DNA of 26,196 nucleotides from the IMG/VR virus record IMGVR_UViG_3300034374_009920, positions 1 to 26,196 of that record, one strand, 5' to 3'. Below the pieces are notes generated by a model. It worked only from the letters and a program-made list of their open reading frames with translations. It ran no database searches and was not told where the DNA came from. Positions 25,078 to 26,196 of the stretch are shown piece after piece; position 1 is the first letter of the stretch, and the number at the start of each line of letters is the position of its first letter. The DNA comes from a virus. Taxonomy: Duplodnaviria > Caudoviricetes. Both the position numbers and the translations under genes were made by a program.

Positions 25078-25482
25078 ATGAACTACAAACTAAAACACTT
25101 AGCAAAGTATTGCTGCACACCTGAGACAGAACTCGAATTTGAAACTGTAAAAATGGCTGCTGAATTGGGAGGGGTTGATTGGTACAATGAAAATGAGTTC
25201 AATGACACAATTGACTATCCTTTTTTATGGATTGATTCTAAAGATGTTTTGATTTTTTACTTAGATGCTGATGGTAGACAATTGATAAGCGTTCTCGACT
25301 TCATCAACAAACTCCGCATGACCGAAGAAGAAGCGAAGAAGTTGGAGGATGATAGGGTTGAGATTATTGGGTTTGATACTTATAGATGGGGCTACAAGGA
25401 CAAGTTTACCTTAACCTCAAAGAATGGCTACTACTTCAAGACAAACGAGGACGGCACAGAGGTTACACTTTATAAGAGATAG
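25078..25482 (+). CDS. Hypothetical protein
   Basis: 134 aa with an A-rich leader ending TTAAAATG. Confidence 0.8.
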   Translation: MNYKLKHLAKYCCTPETELEFETVKMAAELGGVDWYNENEFNDTIDYPFLWIDSKDVLIFYLDADGRQLISVLDFINKLRMTEEEAKKLEDDRVEIIGFDTYRWGYKDKFTLTSKNGYYFKTNEDGTEVTLYKR

Positions 25483-25520
25483 TGCAACACCGCAAATTGA
25501 AAACGAACATTTAAAATCAA

Positions 25521-25997
25521 GTGATGAAAACAAGAGAACAAGCAGAAGAGATGGCGTTGGAACTTTACCCAATTCATGAAGAGTTTGACGTTGACAGATT
25601 GAAACCTCTCAGAGAAGCATACTTGCAAGGATGGGAAGAAGCTCAACAGGACAAACAGACCTGCGGATTCTGCGTTGAACCAGCTACGGAATTGACAGAT
25701 GAAAAACATTCTGAAAGTCTTGACACCAAAGAGAATGAGGGTTCGGAATTACCTTCGGAAAAACAAAAGGAACTGCTATGCGAAATGATGCGAAAGGATG
25801 AGGCAAGTGGAATGTACGAGTTGACCAAAGAAGTTGAGATGATCGAGTGTCCTGACTGCAACGGTGAAGGTGCTTGGTATAACGACACATCAAGAGAATG
25901 CACAACATACAGAGGAGATTGCTGTGGTGGTTGTGGTTACTATGTGGACTGCGATAACTGCAATGGAACGGGTGAAATTGAAAAAGAAGAAGAATGA
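25521..25997 (+). CDS. Acidic protein with a C-terminal DnaJ-type Cys-rich zinc finger
   Basis: CPDCNGEG ... CCGGCG ... CDNCNGTG (CxxCxGxG repeats). No J-domain HPD motif. Confidence 0.75.
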   Translation: MMKTREQAEEMALELYPIHEEFDVDRLKPLREAYLQGWEEAQQDKQTCGFCVEPATELTDEKHSESLDTKENEGSELPSEKQKELLCEMMRKDEASGMYELTKEVEMIECPDCNGEGAWYNDTSRECTTYRGDCCGGCGYYVDCDNCNGTGEIEKEEE

Positions 25998-26125
25998 AAC
26001 ACGAAATAATTCTCTGCAATCATCAGGCTAAGAAGGGAACACTTCAGGCCAAGAAGTATGGAACGCTAATTATATTCCTTTCCTGGTTACTTACAGGAGG
26101 GATGGTGTATTCAATGACATTATAG
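25994..26125 (+). CDS. 43-aa putative TM peptide
   Basis: Not in the ORF track. MKHEIILCNHQAKKGTLQAKKYGTLIIFLSWLLTGGMVYSMTL. ATGA overlap with the upstream gene. Confidence 0.5.
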   Translation: MKHEIILCNHQAKKGTLQAKKYGTLIIFLSWLLTGGMVYSMTL

Positions 26126-26177
26126 AGGAAGCCGAAAATCTTTAACAGAGTAGGCATTGACAGGCTAAAACAAAAAC

Positions 26178-26196
26178 ATGGAAGACAGCTTGTATT
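26178..26196 (+). CDS. Start of a truncated ORF
   Basis: A-rich leader, then ATG GAA GAC AGC TTG TAT running to the window edge. Confidence 0.35.

Noticed and set aside
1-26196. Stop-codon reassignment (TAG/TGA) as in some gut Crassvirales
   Set aside because: TerL, portal and MCP are full length in the standard code. TAG (9922, 19289, 25482) and TGA both end genes at sensible places, and there is no clear suppressor tRNA.

Overview
This window is a fragment of a crAss-like (Crassvirales-related) phage that probably infects Bacteroidota. It reads in the standard genetic code. Bases ~1-21840 (minus strand) form one tightly packed late/virion block. In transcription order it holds small regulatory/accessory genes (HTH, HU-like, Zn-finger, GroES-like), a conserved pre-terminase gene, TerL, portal, acidic scaffold-like protein, major capsid protein, a conserved post-capsid gene, a ring/connector protein, and an auxiliary capsid protein. 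These are followed by fibre/appendage proteins, six consecutive tiny Lys-rich proteins (three missing from the ORF track), and further Gly-rich/beta-helix structural proteins. A strand switch at ~21840-22230 leads into a plus-strand, probably early region of small ORFs (a lipoprotein, several single-TM peptides, Zn-finger proteins). That region also holds several hairpin-dense intergenic blocks and a tRNA-like gene with an abnormal anticodon arm. Family names come from motif recognition and gene order, not from database searches.
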